DNA of 63,914 nucleotides, the filler included, from Vicugna vicugna (taxonomy: Eukaryota): NCBI GenBank assembly GCA_013265495.1. It is 75 parts of 71 records of this genome, joined end to end, with 100 filler letters (N's around TTAATTAATTAA, not from the genome) between each part and the next. Parts side by side here need not be neighbours in the genome. Positions count along the whole stretch, not along the records: positions 1 to 713 come from PNXW01014312.1; positions 814 to 1,741 come from PNXW01014313.1; positions 1,842 to 2,324 come from PNXW01014314.1; positions 2,425 to 2,850 come from PNXW01014315.1; positions 2,951 to 3,630 come from PNXW01014317.1; positions 3,731 to 4,673 come from PNXW01014318.1; positions 4,774 to 5,984 come from MU060437.1; positions 6,085 to 6,817 come from MU060438.1; 67 more parts are not named here. One strand, 5' to 3'. Shown here piece after piece: positions 1 to 10,460 of this stretch. Numbering within the stretch: position 1 is the stretch's first letter; every line of letters starts with the position of its first letter. The notes under the pieces are model-generated. The model ran no database searches. It saw nothing but the letters and a program-made list of their open reading frames with translations, and was not told the origin of the DNA. Position numbers and translations under genes: made by a program.

Positions 1-39
1 CATTATATGCAATATATATAATATAACCCTCATGAATAT

Positions 40-300
40 ATGAGCCAAAATTCTCAAGAAAACACAAGCAAAATGAATTCAATAAAACATTTATTGTATC
101 ATAAACATACATGAGTAAAGGGATTTATCCCTGGGTTTAAGGAAACTTCAAAATATTCAAATCAATAAAATGACATGCCACAATAATAGAATGAGAAATA
201 AAACTCACATAATCATCTCAATAGGTGCAATCAATAGGTGCAGAAAGAGTATTGTATATAATGCAACATCCTTTTAAGTTACTCCCAACAAATTAAATTA
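40..300 (+). mobile_element. Decayed LINE-1 ORF2 (RT-region) fragment
   Basis: L1-like AAAATTCTCAAGAAAACACAAGCAAA, GGATTTATCCCTGGG and ATAATCATCTCAATAGGTGCAGAAA; short internal duplication of TCAATAGGTGCA at 218-229 and 231-242. Confidence 0.8.
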
Positions 301-338
301 AACCTGTCAGAGGCATGATATAATATACACACAAACAC

Positions 339-713
339 TGTGTGGAGATAAGCGAAGCAGTTCCCTGTTTATTGATTCTTAGGAATAGGGTTTATATACA
401 ACATGCACAATGCCTCACATATCATCTAAGTTATAACAATGTTAATAATCTTAAGCTATTTATGTCCCCATGGTCCTGCAGTAAGCACAGGATGTTAAAT
501 GATCAAGGATTGTTTTAAAGTTCATCACGGAACTTCATTAAGTAGGCCATCTCTTATCCAGCCGGCTCTGCCTGTCTTACGTTGTCCTCCTATGAGTATC
601 TTTTCCAGAATAGGCTATCCAGCCACCCATACAGGATATATTGAATAGGCCATTTCTTTTCCAGCCTAGATATGTAACACTCCTCACAGCTTGTTTATTA
701 GTTCAGCCCATGG
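339..713 (-). mobile_element. Possible partial LTR next to the L1 fragment
   Basis: On - strand: TATATAAA (391-398), AATAAA (368-373), terminal CA at 339-340; three TAGGC...TCCAGCC direct repeats at ~543, 611, 646. Confidence 0.4.
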
Positions 714-813
714 NNNNNNNNNNNNNNNNNNNNNNNNNNNNNNNNNNNNNNNNNNNNTTAATTAATTAANNNNNNNNNNNNNNNNNNNNNNNNNNNNNNN
801 NNNNNNNNNNNNN
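714..813. other. Artificial scaffold-joining linker N44-TTAATTAATTAA-N44 (first of 74; cores at 758, 1786, 2369, 2895 ... 62961, 63420)
   Basis: Identical 12-mer flanked by 44 N on each side throughout; palindromic, with stops in all six frames. Confidence 0.98.
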
Positions 814-965
814 GTTGTAGCCCAGCCAACCGGGGGGGCCGAGTTGCCTTCACGAAAGTGAACCCTGAATACCGTCGGTCTATGCCACCTTTGTTCGCTG
901 CCTGAGACCCGTCCCCCGGTCGGCCGGAGCCACCAGTCCAGCGGCTCAAAATTTGGCGTGGTAAT
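814..965 (-). mobile_element. ERV 5' leader, truncated by the scaffold end
   Basis: CpG-rich sequence directly downstream of the PBS. Confidence 0.7.
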
Positions 966-983
966 ATCTCGCTGGGGCCTCCA
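966..983 (-). promoter_or_regulatory. Retroviral primer-binding site, tRNA-Thr(UGU)
   Basis: - strand TGGAGGCCCCAGCGAGAT is complementary to the 3' 18 nt (ATCTCGCTGGGGCCT-CCA) of a mammalian tRNA-Thr-TGT isodecoder, recalled from memory; 4 nt from the LTR end. Confidence 0.85.
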
Positions 984-987
984 GAAA

Positions 988-1421
988 TGTTATGGAAATG
1001 ACAGGCCATCCTAGAAACAAGCACTACTCGGAGGGTTGTATTACTCAGATTTATTACGCTGGCGGGCTCAGAGGTGCTTCTGCTCCGAAGCTCTGAGCAC
1101 CTCCAAGACGTGTGCATGAGGTTTTATAGGGTTAATTACAAGCTCAGGGTATTTGGCCAATAGGCATGAACAGCTTTAGCAACATCATTATCACCAAAGT
1201 AGAGGCAGGGAGGCAGCAAACCAACATTTCAAGGCCAGATATTTCTCTGTGAACATCCAGCTGGCTAGGAAAAAATAAAACATGAACAGGGAATCAGCAA
1301 ACCAACAATAATTAACTCAGATTTACAAGTTAGCCCAACAGACCTCTGGTTAGTAATCCGACACTTGTTAAATTTAGATTTGTGAGTTAGCTTATTAGCC
1401 CAGCTGGGCTTTTCCTTCACA
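988..1421 (-). mobile_element. ERV 5' LTR (~434 bp), probably class I/gammaretrovirus-like
   Basis: Imperfect terminal inverted repeats TGTGAAGGAAAAG ... CATTTCCATAACA; TATAAAA at 1122-1128 and AATAAA at 1050-1055 on - strand; followed by a PBS. Confidence 0.85.
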
Positions 1422-1841
1422 CCAAAAGGGACCCCCCTCCACCCGACCCTCCAACTCAATCACTGCAGGTTCATATCCCGGCTTAGGCAGGTCACACTGA
1501 AGCCACCAGCACAAACCTCAATCGGTGTGTTGTCCCCGTCTCAGCTGAGGGCGTGTCTGGTGTGGGATGAGGCCCAGTTTGAGGAAGGCTGTTCCCCTAC
1601 TGTTCCGATTTAACATGCAATTCAGTGCCCATCACTCAGGAGAGTCAGGCTGGTCGGATCTCAGTGTGGTGACTAGGCCGTCTGAGTTCACTTATGTTTT
1701 TTTTAACATTTTTCAGTGTTTTATAATCATTTTACAATGTTNNNNNNNNNNNNNNNNNNNNNNNNNNNNNNNNNNNNNNNNNNNNTTAATTAATTAANNN
1801 NNNNNNNNNNNNNNNNNNNNNNNNNNNNNNNNNNNNNNNNN

Positions 1842-2324
1842 CTGTATACTCTATTCCGTGTTCTACATTATGTATTCTTCATTCTAAATTCTGTATCCTG
1901 TATTCTACATTCAGTATTCTTTGTTCTATATTCTATATTCTAAATTCTGTATTCTGTATTCTGTATTCTATATTCTACATACTTCGATCTGAATTCCATA
2001 TTCTAAATTCTGGGTTCTCCATTCTGTATTCTATATACTATATTCTGTGTTCTATATTCTATATTCTACATTCGATATTCTGAATTCTGTATTCTATATT
2101 CTGTGTTCTACATTCCATATTCTGCATTCGATTTCTGTATACTATATTCATATTCTGTGTTCTCCATTCTATATAGTACATTCTGTATTCTGTATTCTGT
2201 ATTCTATAGTGTTCTATATACGCCACATTCCATTTCTTTATTCTATATTCATTTTCTGTTTTCTACATTCTATATTTTGCATTCTGTATTCTGTGTTGTA
2301 TATTCTATATTGTGTGTTCTATAT
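1842..2324 (+). repeat. Heptamer satellite E (TATTCTA/AATTCTG/TGTTCTA)
   Basis: 7-bp periodic NNTTCTR units. Confidence 0.95.
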
Positions 2325-2424
2325 NNNNNNNNNNNNNNNNNNNNNNNNNNNNNNNNNNNNNNNNNNNNTTAATTAATTAANNNNNNNNNNNNNNNNNNNN
2401 NNNNNNNNNNNNNNNNNNNNNNNN

Positions 2425-2850
2425 AATTTTAGAAATGATGCAACTGACAAAGACTTAATTTCCAAAATACAAGACTTCATACAACCTAATAATAATAAAA
2501 AAAAAAGAAACCCAATCTTAAAATGGGCAGAAGCCCTAAACAAGCTATTCTCCAATAGAGATATACAAATGCCATACAGATATATGAAAAAAAATTGCTC
2601 ACTATCATTATCACAGATGGGCAATTTAAAACTATAATGAAGAATCACCTCACAATAGTCACAATGGCCAGCATTCAAAAATCCACAAGCAATAAATGCT
2701 GGGGAAGCTGTGGAGAAAGTGAACCCTCCTACACTGATGGAAGGAATGCAGTTTGGTGCAGTCATTGTGGAAACCAGGATGGGGCTTCCTCAAAAGATAG
2801 ACTTAACTTACGATCCAACAATCCCACTTCTGGGTATGTATCAAACAGAA
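2425..2850 (+). mobile_element. LINE-1 ORF2 3' fragment, decayed
   Basis: Encodes L1 ORF2 C-terminal-like HLTIVTMASIQKSTSNKCWGSCGE and YDPTIPLLGMY. Confidence 0.92.
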
Positions 2851-3730
2851 NNNNNNNNNNNNNNNNNNNNNNNNNNNNNNNNNNNNNNNNNNNNTTAATT
2901 AATTAANNNNNNNNNNNNNNNNNNNNNNNNNNNNNNNNNNNNNNNNNNNNTATCTGGTAATGATCTACTCTAAAGCTTGATAAAATTCAATGATAAGCTC
3001 AGCACTTTTTAATGATTCTCACTGAAACATTCCTTATACACAACAGTATGCCCTCTGTTTGCTTCCCCATTCCCTTTCAGGTTTAGATTAATTTTGAGAG
3101 GGAAGCTGAAGGTGGAAGTAATCCAGTGAATCTGAAGGTGGAAATAATCCAGTGAAAAACATTTAGAAGGGCACTAGCTTTGATTGCAGTAAATAAATTT
3201 TCTTTAAAAATCTACGATATTGTTAGCAACAAAATCACAAATATATAGAAGACTAGAAAGGTTGAGTCTATATTCAGGAACAGGTCATTCTGAGGGATTA
3301 AACCATGATGAACTTTAATGCCAACCAATTTGGGATTTTACTTAATATCTTCTTATTCTGGAGGGCAGAACAGTTTTGTGAGGAAATGGCCTGGAGCATG
3401 CCTTTGTGTATCTCAATATACAGTCTGTCAGTGCAGTAGTACTTCTGTTTGCTTGAACTACACAAAACTGTCAGTATCTGACCACTCAAATGGCAATTCC
3501 ATCAGGTTCAACTTAGCACACTTGGGCCTTTGTTTTTGCTAAAAAATATCTGAGAAGATGAAAGAGAATAGAGTAGATTATCAGTTTAAATTGTACTGAC
3601 AACACTTTAAAAAATAATTCTTGTATATATNNNNNNNNNNNNNNNNNNNNNNNNNNNNNNNNNNNNNNNNNNNNTTAATTAATTAANNNNNNNNNNNNNN
3701 NNNNNNNNNNNNNNNNNNNNNNNNNNNNNN

Positions 3731-4673
3731 TTCAGTCACAGGTGTTCCCTGCTCGGGGAAGTCCGTGAAACACCGTCCTTGGACTTGGGGAGGAAGCCGC
3801 TGTCACTGGCATTTCCTGCAACCCCCCCTAGCATTCCCTGGCACAGAGACATGAGGAAAACACACAGGGGAGACGAGCACAGGCATTCCCTTAGAACCCA
3901 CGTGCTTCCGACCGTTGCTGGAACCACCCAACGCTCAGGATTCCGGAACCATTGTCATTGATTGGGGGACCTCGAGAGAAAACTCCACGCAGCTCTCTAG
4001 AGTCACAGGGGTTCCCTGCTCGGGGAAGTCCGAGAAATACCTTCCCTTACCTTGGGGAGGCAGCCTCTGTCACTGGGATTTCATGCAAAACACCCCTAGC
4101 ATTCCCTGGCAAAGAGACATGGGGAAAACCCTCAGGGGAGACGAGCATAGGCATTCCCTTAGAACCCAAGCGCTGCCGACCGTTGGTGGTACCTCCCTAC
4201 GCTCAGGATTCCTGAATAATTGTCATTGAGCGACGGAGCTCGAGAGACTACTCCACGCATCTCTCTTCAGTCACAGGTGTTCCCTGCTTGGGGAAGTCCG
4301 AGAAATATTTTCCCTGAACTTGAGGATGCAGCCTCTATTACTGGGATATCCTGCACCCCCCCCTAGGATTCTGTGGCACAGAGACATGAGGAAAACCATC
4401 AGGGGAGACGAGCACAGGTATTCCGTTAGAACCCACGCGCTGCCGCCCGTTGGTGGAACCTCCCCACACTCAGGATTCCGGAAAAATTGTCATTGAGTAG
4501 GGGAGCTCGAGAGACAACTCCACGCATCTCTCTTCAGTCACAGGTGTTCCCTGCTCGGGGAAGTCCGAGAAATATCTTCCCTAACATTGGGGAGACAGCC
4601 TCTGTCACTGGAATTTCCTGCCACACCCCATTGCATTCCCTGGCACAGAGACATGAGGAAAACTCTCAGGGGA
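3731..4673 (+). repeat. 267-bp satellite A, variant subfamily A2
   Basis: ~3.5 tandem monomers; diagnostic ACATGAGG, GAGCACAGG, CCCTTAGA, CATTGA. Confidence 0.95.
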
Positions 4674-4773
4674 NNNNNNNNNNNNNNNNNNNNNNNNNNN
4701 NNNNNNNNNNNNNNNNNTTAATTAATTAANNNNNNNNNNNNNNNNNNNNNNNNNNNNNNNNNNNNNNNNNNNN

Positions 4774-5984
4774 TTTATTAGCCACTCAAATTAATTTTTA
4801 GTTTTACATTATATTGGAAGGCTTAAGTAACTATATTGGTTTATTTTAATTTGTTCAATTAATATTTTCAGAGGGACAGATATGTGCCCAGCCTTATAAT
4901 ACCAAGAAGGGGAAGCGTTTTTCCTCTGAAACATATGTATCCCACAACATAAGCAAAAGTTTTATATAAAGACCATTTAAATATACCAATTTCACAAACT
5001 TTTATCTCAATTTTATTAAATCTTATACCTTTAATTTTTATATTTATTAAGTTTAAAATAATTCNNNNNNNNNNNNNNNNNNNNNNNNNNNNNNNNNNNN
5101 NNNNNNNNNNNNNNNNNNNNNNNNNNNNNNNNNNNNNNNNNNNNNNNNTTCAGCCAAAGAGCTTAGGCACTTCTCAGTTTTTAATTTCATTAATTGGTCT
5201 GTTATCCCAATTATTGATCAAGTATTTCAGTCTATATATACATATATTTTAAACTGTGGTAAATAAAATGGACTTGTTTGAACTTTAATCTTGGGGGGGA
5301 GTAGGTGAATTCTTTGGCCCTTTTTTTTTAACTTTACATTGTGTAGTATCAAAACCTTGTTTGTAAATCCAAAAATGTCCATTTTATTTATTTGATTCAA
5401 AATAACCATATAAAAATATTTATCCTTTTGGGATAAGCCACTTATTTTTTTTTTGACATTTTTACAATCATTTTTCCAGTTATTCAACCTAATTAACATT
5501 AATTATTCTAAATTTTTATTAGCATATCTAGAAACATTTATCGGAAAGGAAAAACTCAAATGTAGCTTTTCAAACCAGTTTTATTTTTTTAACTAAGTTC
5601 TTAGGTTAACCATTAGATATATTTTTCTACATTTAAACTTGATTTTAATAGATACCAAAAAAACAGCTGTTTATAATGAGATCTCTTTAAACTTTCACCA
5701 ATTAAAAAGTTTTTCCAAATTAAAAAATCCATCATATGGCCNNNNNNNNNNNNNNNNNNNNNNNNNNNNNNNNNNNNNNNNNNNNNNNNNNNNNNNNNNN
5801 NNNNNNNNNNNNNNNNNNNNNNNNNNNNNNNNNNNNNNNNNNNNNNNNNNNNNNNNNNNNNNNNNNNNNNNNNNNNGCTGATGCAACAAAGTTTAAGATG
5901 ACAAAATATCTGAAAATTGGTACAATCAAAGAACTGCTCAGAATCCCAATTTATTTGCGTGGCCACCATATGTACACAATACTT
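4774..5984. mobile_element. AT-rich sequence resembling class I ERV internal non-coding region
   Basis: Compositional resemblance only; no diagnostic motif. Confidence 0.25.
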
Positions 5985-6084
5985 NNNNNNNNNNNNNNNN
6001 NNNNNNNNNNNNNNNNNNNNNNNNNNNNTTAATTAATTAANNNNNNNNNNNNNNNNNNNNNNNNNNNNNNNNNNNNNNNNNNNN

Positions 6085-7406
6085 AAAAGGAATATTTTTA
6101 TCTACAAACGTGTACACATTTTCACAAGCATTCCCCAATTCCAGTTTCGAATTCATGCATTTTACACAGAAAAATTCTTCTGGAGCGATTTCAACCTAAT
6201 AGATATGTAATTTGCAAGAATTCCATCAACATGGCATTCCGGGTTCCGTACATGCTTCATGCATGACGGATCCGGCAAACATGCGATTCTGAGTTGTTAG
6301 CACGTGGATTGCTGACCTTTAATCCACCAAACAAGGCATATATACACTTAGAAATATTTACTCTGACTTCATAGGTTTTTTCTATCTCCAGGTTCTAAGA
6401 NNNNNNNNNNNNNNNNNNNNNNNNNNNNNNNNNNNNNNNNNNNNNNNNNNNNNNNNNNNNNNNNNNNNNNNNNNNNNNNNNNNNNNNNNNNNNNNNNNNN
6501 NNNNNNNNNNNNNNNNNNNNNNNNNNNGGATTTCTCAAACATGCATTTCTGAGTTGCGAACATGCGCATGACTAATATTTCAACCATAACAGGGTACCTA
6601 TGCACTTTGAAATATTTACTTTGACTTCATAGCTTCTCCCTGTCACCAGTTTCAAGAATCACACTTTGATCCAAGAAAAACCCTCTTCGAGTGAATTCTA
6701 CCCTAGAGATATTTAATTTGATTAGATTACATACATGAAATTCCGTATTACGTACATGCTACATGCATGAATTATTTGACAAACATACATTCCTGAGTTG
6801 AGAGCATGTGGATTACTNNNNNNNNNNNNNNNNNNNNNNNNNNNNNNNNNNNNNNNNNNNNTTAATTAATTAANNNNNNNNNNNNNNNNNNNNNNNNNNN
6901 NNNNNNNNNNNNNNNNNCCGTACATGCTACATGCATGACGGATACGGCAATCATGCATTTCTCACTTGTGAGCAGGTTAATTACTGACCTTTCATCCACC
7001 ATACAATGCGTATATACACTTAAAATTATTTACTCTGACTTCATAGATTTTTCTATCACCAGGTTCTAAAATCGGACATCTGGCACCAGAAAACACTCTT
7101 TGAGCGAATTCTCACAAATACACATGTAATTTACNNNNNNNNNNNNNNNNNNNNNNNNNNNNNNNNNNNNNNNNNNNNNNNNNNNNNNNNNNNNNNNNNN
7201 NNNNNNNNNNNNNNNNNNNNNNNNNNNNNNNNNNNNNNNNNNNNNNNNNNNNNNNNNNNNNNNNNNNNNNNNNNNNNNNNNNNNNNNNNNNNNNNNNNNN
7301 NNNNNNNNNNNNNNNNNNNNNNNNNNNNNNNNNNNNNNNNNNNNNNNNNNNCTACCCTCGGGATATATAATTTGTACAGATTCCATCTACATGATATTCC
7401 GTGTTC
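6085..7406 (-). repeat. ~246-bp satellite D (two scaffolds)
   Basis: Reverse complement of monomers at 59740-60506 (e.g. CCGTACATGCTACATGCATGACGGAT). Confidence 0.9.
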
Positions 7407-7506
7407 NNNNNNNNNNNNNNNNNNNNNNNNNNNNNNNNNNNNNNNNNNNNTTAATTAATTAANNNNNNNNNNNNNNNNNNNNNNNNNNNNNNNNNNNNNN
7501 NNNNNN

Positions 7507-7943
7507 CTCTTTAGTCACAGGTGTTCCCTGAACGGGGAAGTCAGAGAAATACCTTCGCTGACCTTGGGGAGGCATCCACTGTCACTGGGATTGCCTGCAA
7601 ACCCCCGTAGCATTCCCTGTCACAGAGACACTAGGAAAAAACCCAGGGGAGACGAGCTTATTCATTCCGTTAGAACCCACGCGCTGCCGACCGTTGTTGG
7701 AACCTCCCCACGCTCAGGATTCCGGAACCATTGGCAGTGCTTGGGGAGCTCGAGAGACAACTCCACGCAGCTCTCTTCAGTCACAGGTGTTCCCTGATAG
7801 GGGGAATTCCGAGAAACAACTTCCCTGACCTTGGGGAGCAGATTCTGTCACTCAGATTCCCTGCAAACCCCCCTAGCATTCCCTGGCACAGAGAATACCA
7901 GGGAAGACGAGCTTACGCATTCCGTTAGAACCCACGCGCTGCC
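7507..7943 (+). repeat. 267-bp satellite A
   Basis: TTAGAACCCACGCGCTGCCGACCGTT...GGAACCTCCCCACGCTCAGGATTCCGG core. Confidence 0.95.
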
Positions 7944-8665
7944 NNNNNNNNNNNNNNNNNNNNNNNNNNNNNNNNNNNNNNNNNNNNTTAATTAATTAAN
8001 NNNNNNNNNNNNNNNNNNNNNNNNNNNNNNNNNNNNNNNNNNNTGTAAACTGACTATAACTTGATAAAATAAAATTAAAAAAGAAAAAATTCATAGCCTC
8101 ATATAAATGACACTATTTTGGGAAGAATGTGGGGAAACACAGAAGAAAATAGGAAAGATGAGATGAAAAGAAAGGAAAGGGTGAAAAAAAGGAGAAAGAA
8201 GTAAAAGAATAAGAAGAAAATGAAATCAGTGAAAACCANNNNNNNNNNNNNNNNNNNNNNNNNNNNNNNNNNNNNNNNNNNNNNNNNNNNNNNNNNNNNN
8301 NNNNNNNNNNNNNNNNNNNNNNNNNNNNNNNNNNNNNNNNNNNNNNNNNNNNNNNNNNNNNNNNNNNNNNNNNNNNNNNNNNNNNNNNNNNNNNNNNNNT
8401 TCTTCACCCAACTGAAAGGAAACATTAGATAGTGTCTCCTTTGAAAACTTTTATGGAAGAGTCGAAGGATTGCATGCCCCTTCCTTTATGACATGAAAGC
8501 AGTACGCCGTTAAAAGCTGAGTTGATTGGGCTCCATGTAGACTTACTCATCATATCTAGGATATTNNNNNNNNNNNNNNNNNNNNNNNNNNNNNNNNNNN
8601 NNNNNNNNNTTAATTAATTAANNNNNNNNNNNNNNNNNNNNNNNNNNNNNNNNNNNNNNNNNNNN

Positions 8666-9483
8666 ACAGAGACATTAGGAAAACCCTCAGGGAGACGAGC
8701 TTAGGCATTCAGTTAGAACCCACGTGCTGGCGACGGTTGGTAGAACTCCCCCACGCTCAGGGTTCCGGAAACATTGTCAGTGCGTGGGGAAGCTCGAGAG
8801 ACAACTCCACGAAGCTCTTTTAAGTCACAGGTGTTCCCTGTACGGGGAAGTCCGAGAAATACCTTCTCTGAACTTGGGTAGGCAGCCTCTGACAGTGGGA
8901 TATCCTGCAATACCCCTAGCATTCCCTGGCACAGAGACAATAGGAAAACCCTCAGGGGAGACGAGCTTAGGCATTCCGTTAGAACCGACGCGTTGCCGAC
9001 CATTGGCGGAACCTCCCCAAGGAACAATTGTCAGTGCGTGCAGGATCTCGAGAGAGAACTCCACTCAGCTCTCTTCAGTCACAGGTGTTCCCTGTTCGGG
9101 GAAGTCCGAGAAATACTTTCCCTGACCTTGGGGATGCAGCCTGTGACACTGCTAAAACCTGAAACCCCCCCTAGCATTCCCTGGCATAGAGACATTAAGA
9201 AAACCCTCAGGGGAGACGAGCTTAGGCATTCCGTAAGATCCCACGCGCTAACGACCGTTGGTGGAACCTCCCCACGCTCAGGATTCCGGAACCATTGTCA
9301 GCGCGTGGGGGAGCTCGAGAGACAACTCTACGCAGCTCTCTTCAGTCACAGGTGTTCCCCGTTCAGGGAAGTCCATGAAATACCTTCCCTGACATTGGGG
9401 AGGTAGCTACTGTCACAGGGATATCCTGAAATTCCCCAAAGCATTCCCTGGCACAGAGACATTTGGAAAACCCTCAGGGGAGA
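8666..9483 (+). repeat. 267-bp satellite A (~3 monomers, one with a short deletion near 9020)
   Basis: Tandem monomers matching the A consensus. Confidence 0.95.
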
Positions 9484-10460
9484 NNNNNNNNNNNNNNNNN
9501 NNNNNNNNNNNNNNNNNNNNNNNNNNNTTAATTAATTAANNNNNNNNNNNNNNNNNNNNNNNNNNNNNNNNNNNNNNNNNNNNGGTCCATGGTACCTGTT
9601 GCCAGGGTAACCATGTCCTCTGTCTATATACACCAAGGTCAGTTATTTCATTTAGAGACAATCAGACTATCAGGTCAAAAGAAACAGAAAATGCAAATCA
9701 TGTTGTTCATGCTGTTTCAGAAAAACTACAATGTGATTGTCCTGCACCCCAACTCAGAGAAGTTTTCTCTTTAATAATGAATTTCTTTAAATGTTACAAA
9801 TATTACTGTCTCCTTAACATAATTATTTTCTGGTGGATATGTAGGCACTTCATGCTTTTGCACTGAGGGCTTTCTCTATTTATTGAACTTGGAAAGGAGA
9901 CTTGAGGACAAAATGTTCTTTAATAAAATTAGAATTTCTCTCTTCTGAGAGTCATACAACATTTATCCAAAACTCTATAAAAATATTACCCCATTTAGCT
10001 TATGGAGCATTTCTGAATAGGTTCTTTGTTTTAGTTCCCAATGATCCTGAATTTAGATGCTGTGTTTAAAAACTGTTTGCTGAAGGAAGGCTATAATTAA
10101 TATAAGGAATACTGAATTCCACNNNNNNNNNNNNNNNNNNNNNNNNNNNNNNNNNNNNNNNNNNNNNNNNNNNNNNNNNNNNNNNNNNNNNNNNNNNNNN
10201 NNNNNNNNNNNNNNNNNNNNNTTTACAGTGAGATGCACAAAATATAAATATACAAGTGAGCGCTCATGTATTTACTAAAAAGCAAAATTTATTTTGTTGT
10301 TTAATGAACATTATCTTCTTATTATTTACTTTTTATTATAAAATGACAAACCCATTAAAANNNNNNNNNNNNNNNNNNNNNNNNNNNNNNNNNNNNNNNN
10401 NNNNTTAATTAATTAANNNNNNNNNNNNNNNNNNNNNNNNNNNNNNNNNNNNNNNNNNNN

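Noticed and set aside
966..983. tRNA-Thr gene
   Set aside because: Only the 3' 18 nt including CCA, adjacent to an LTR end: a PBS, not a tRNA gene
3106..3157. 26-bp tandem duplication CTGAAGGTGGAA(G/A)TAATCCAGTGAA
   Set aside because: Real but an ordinary local slippage event
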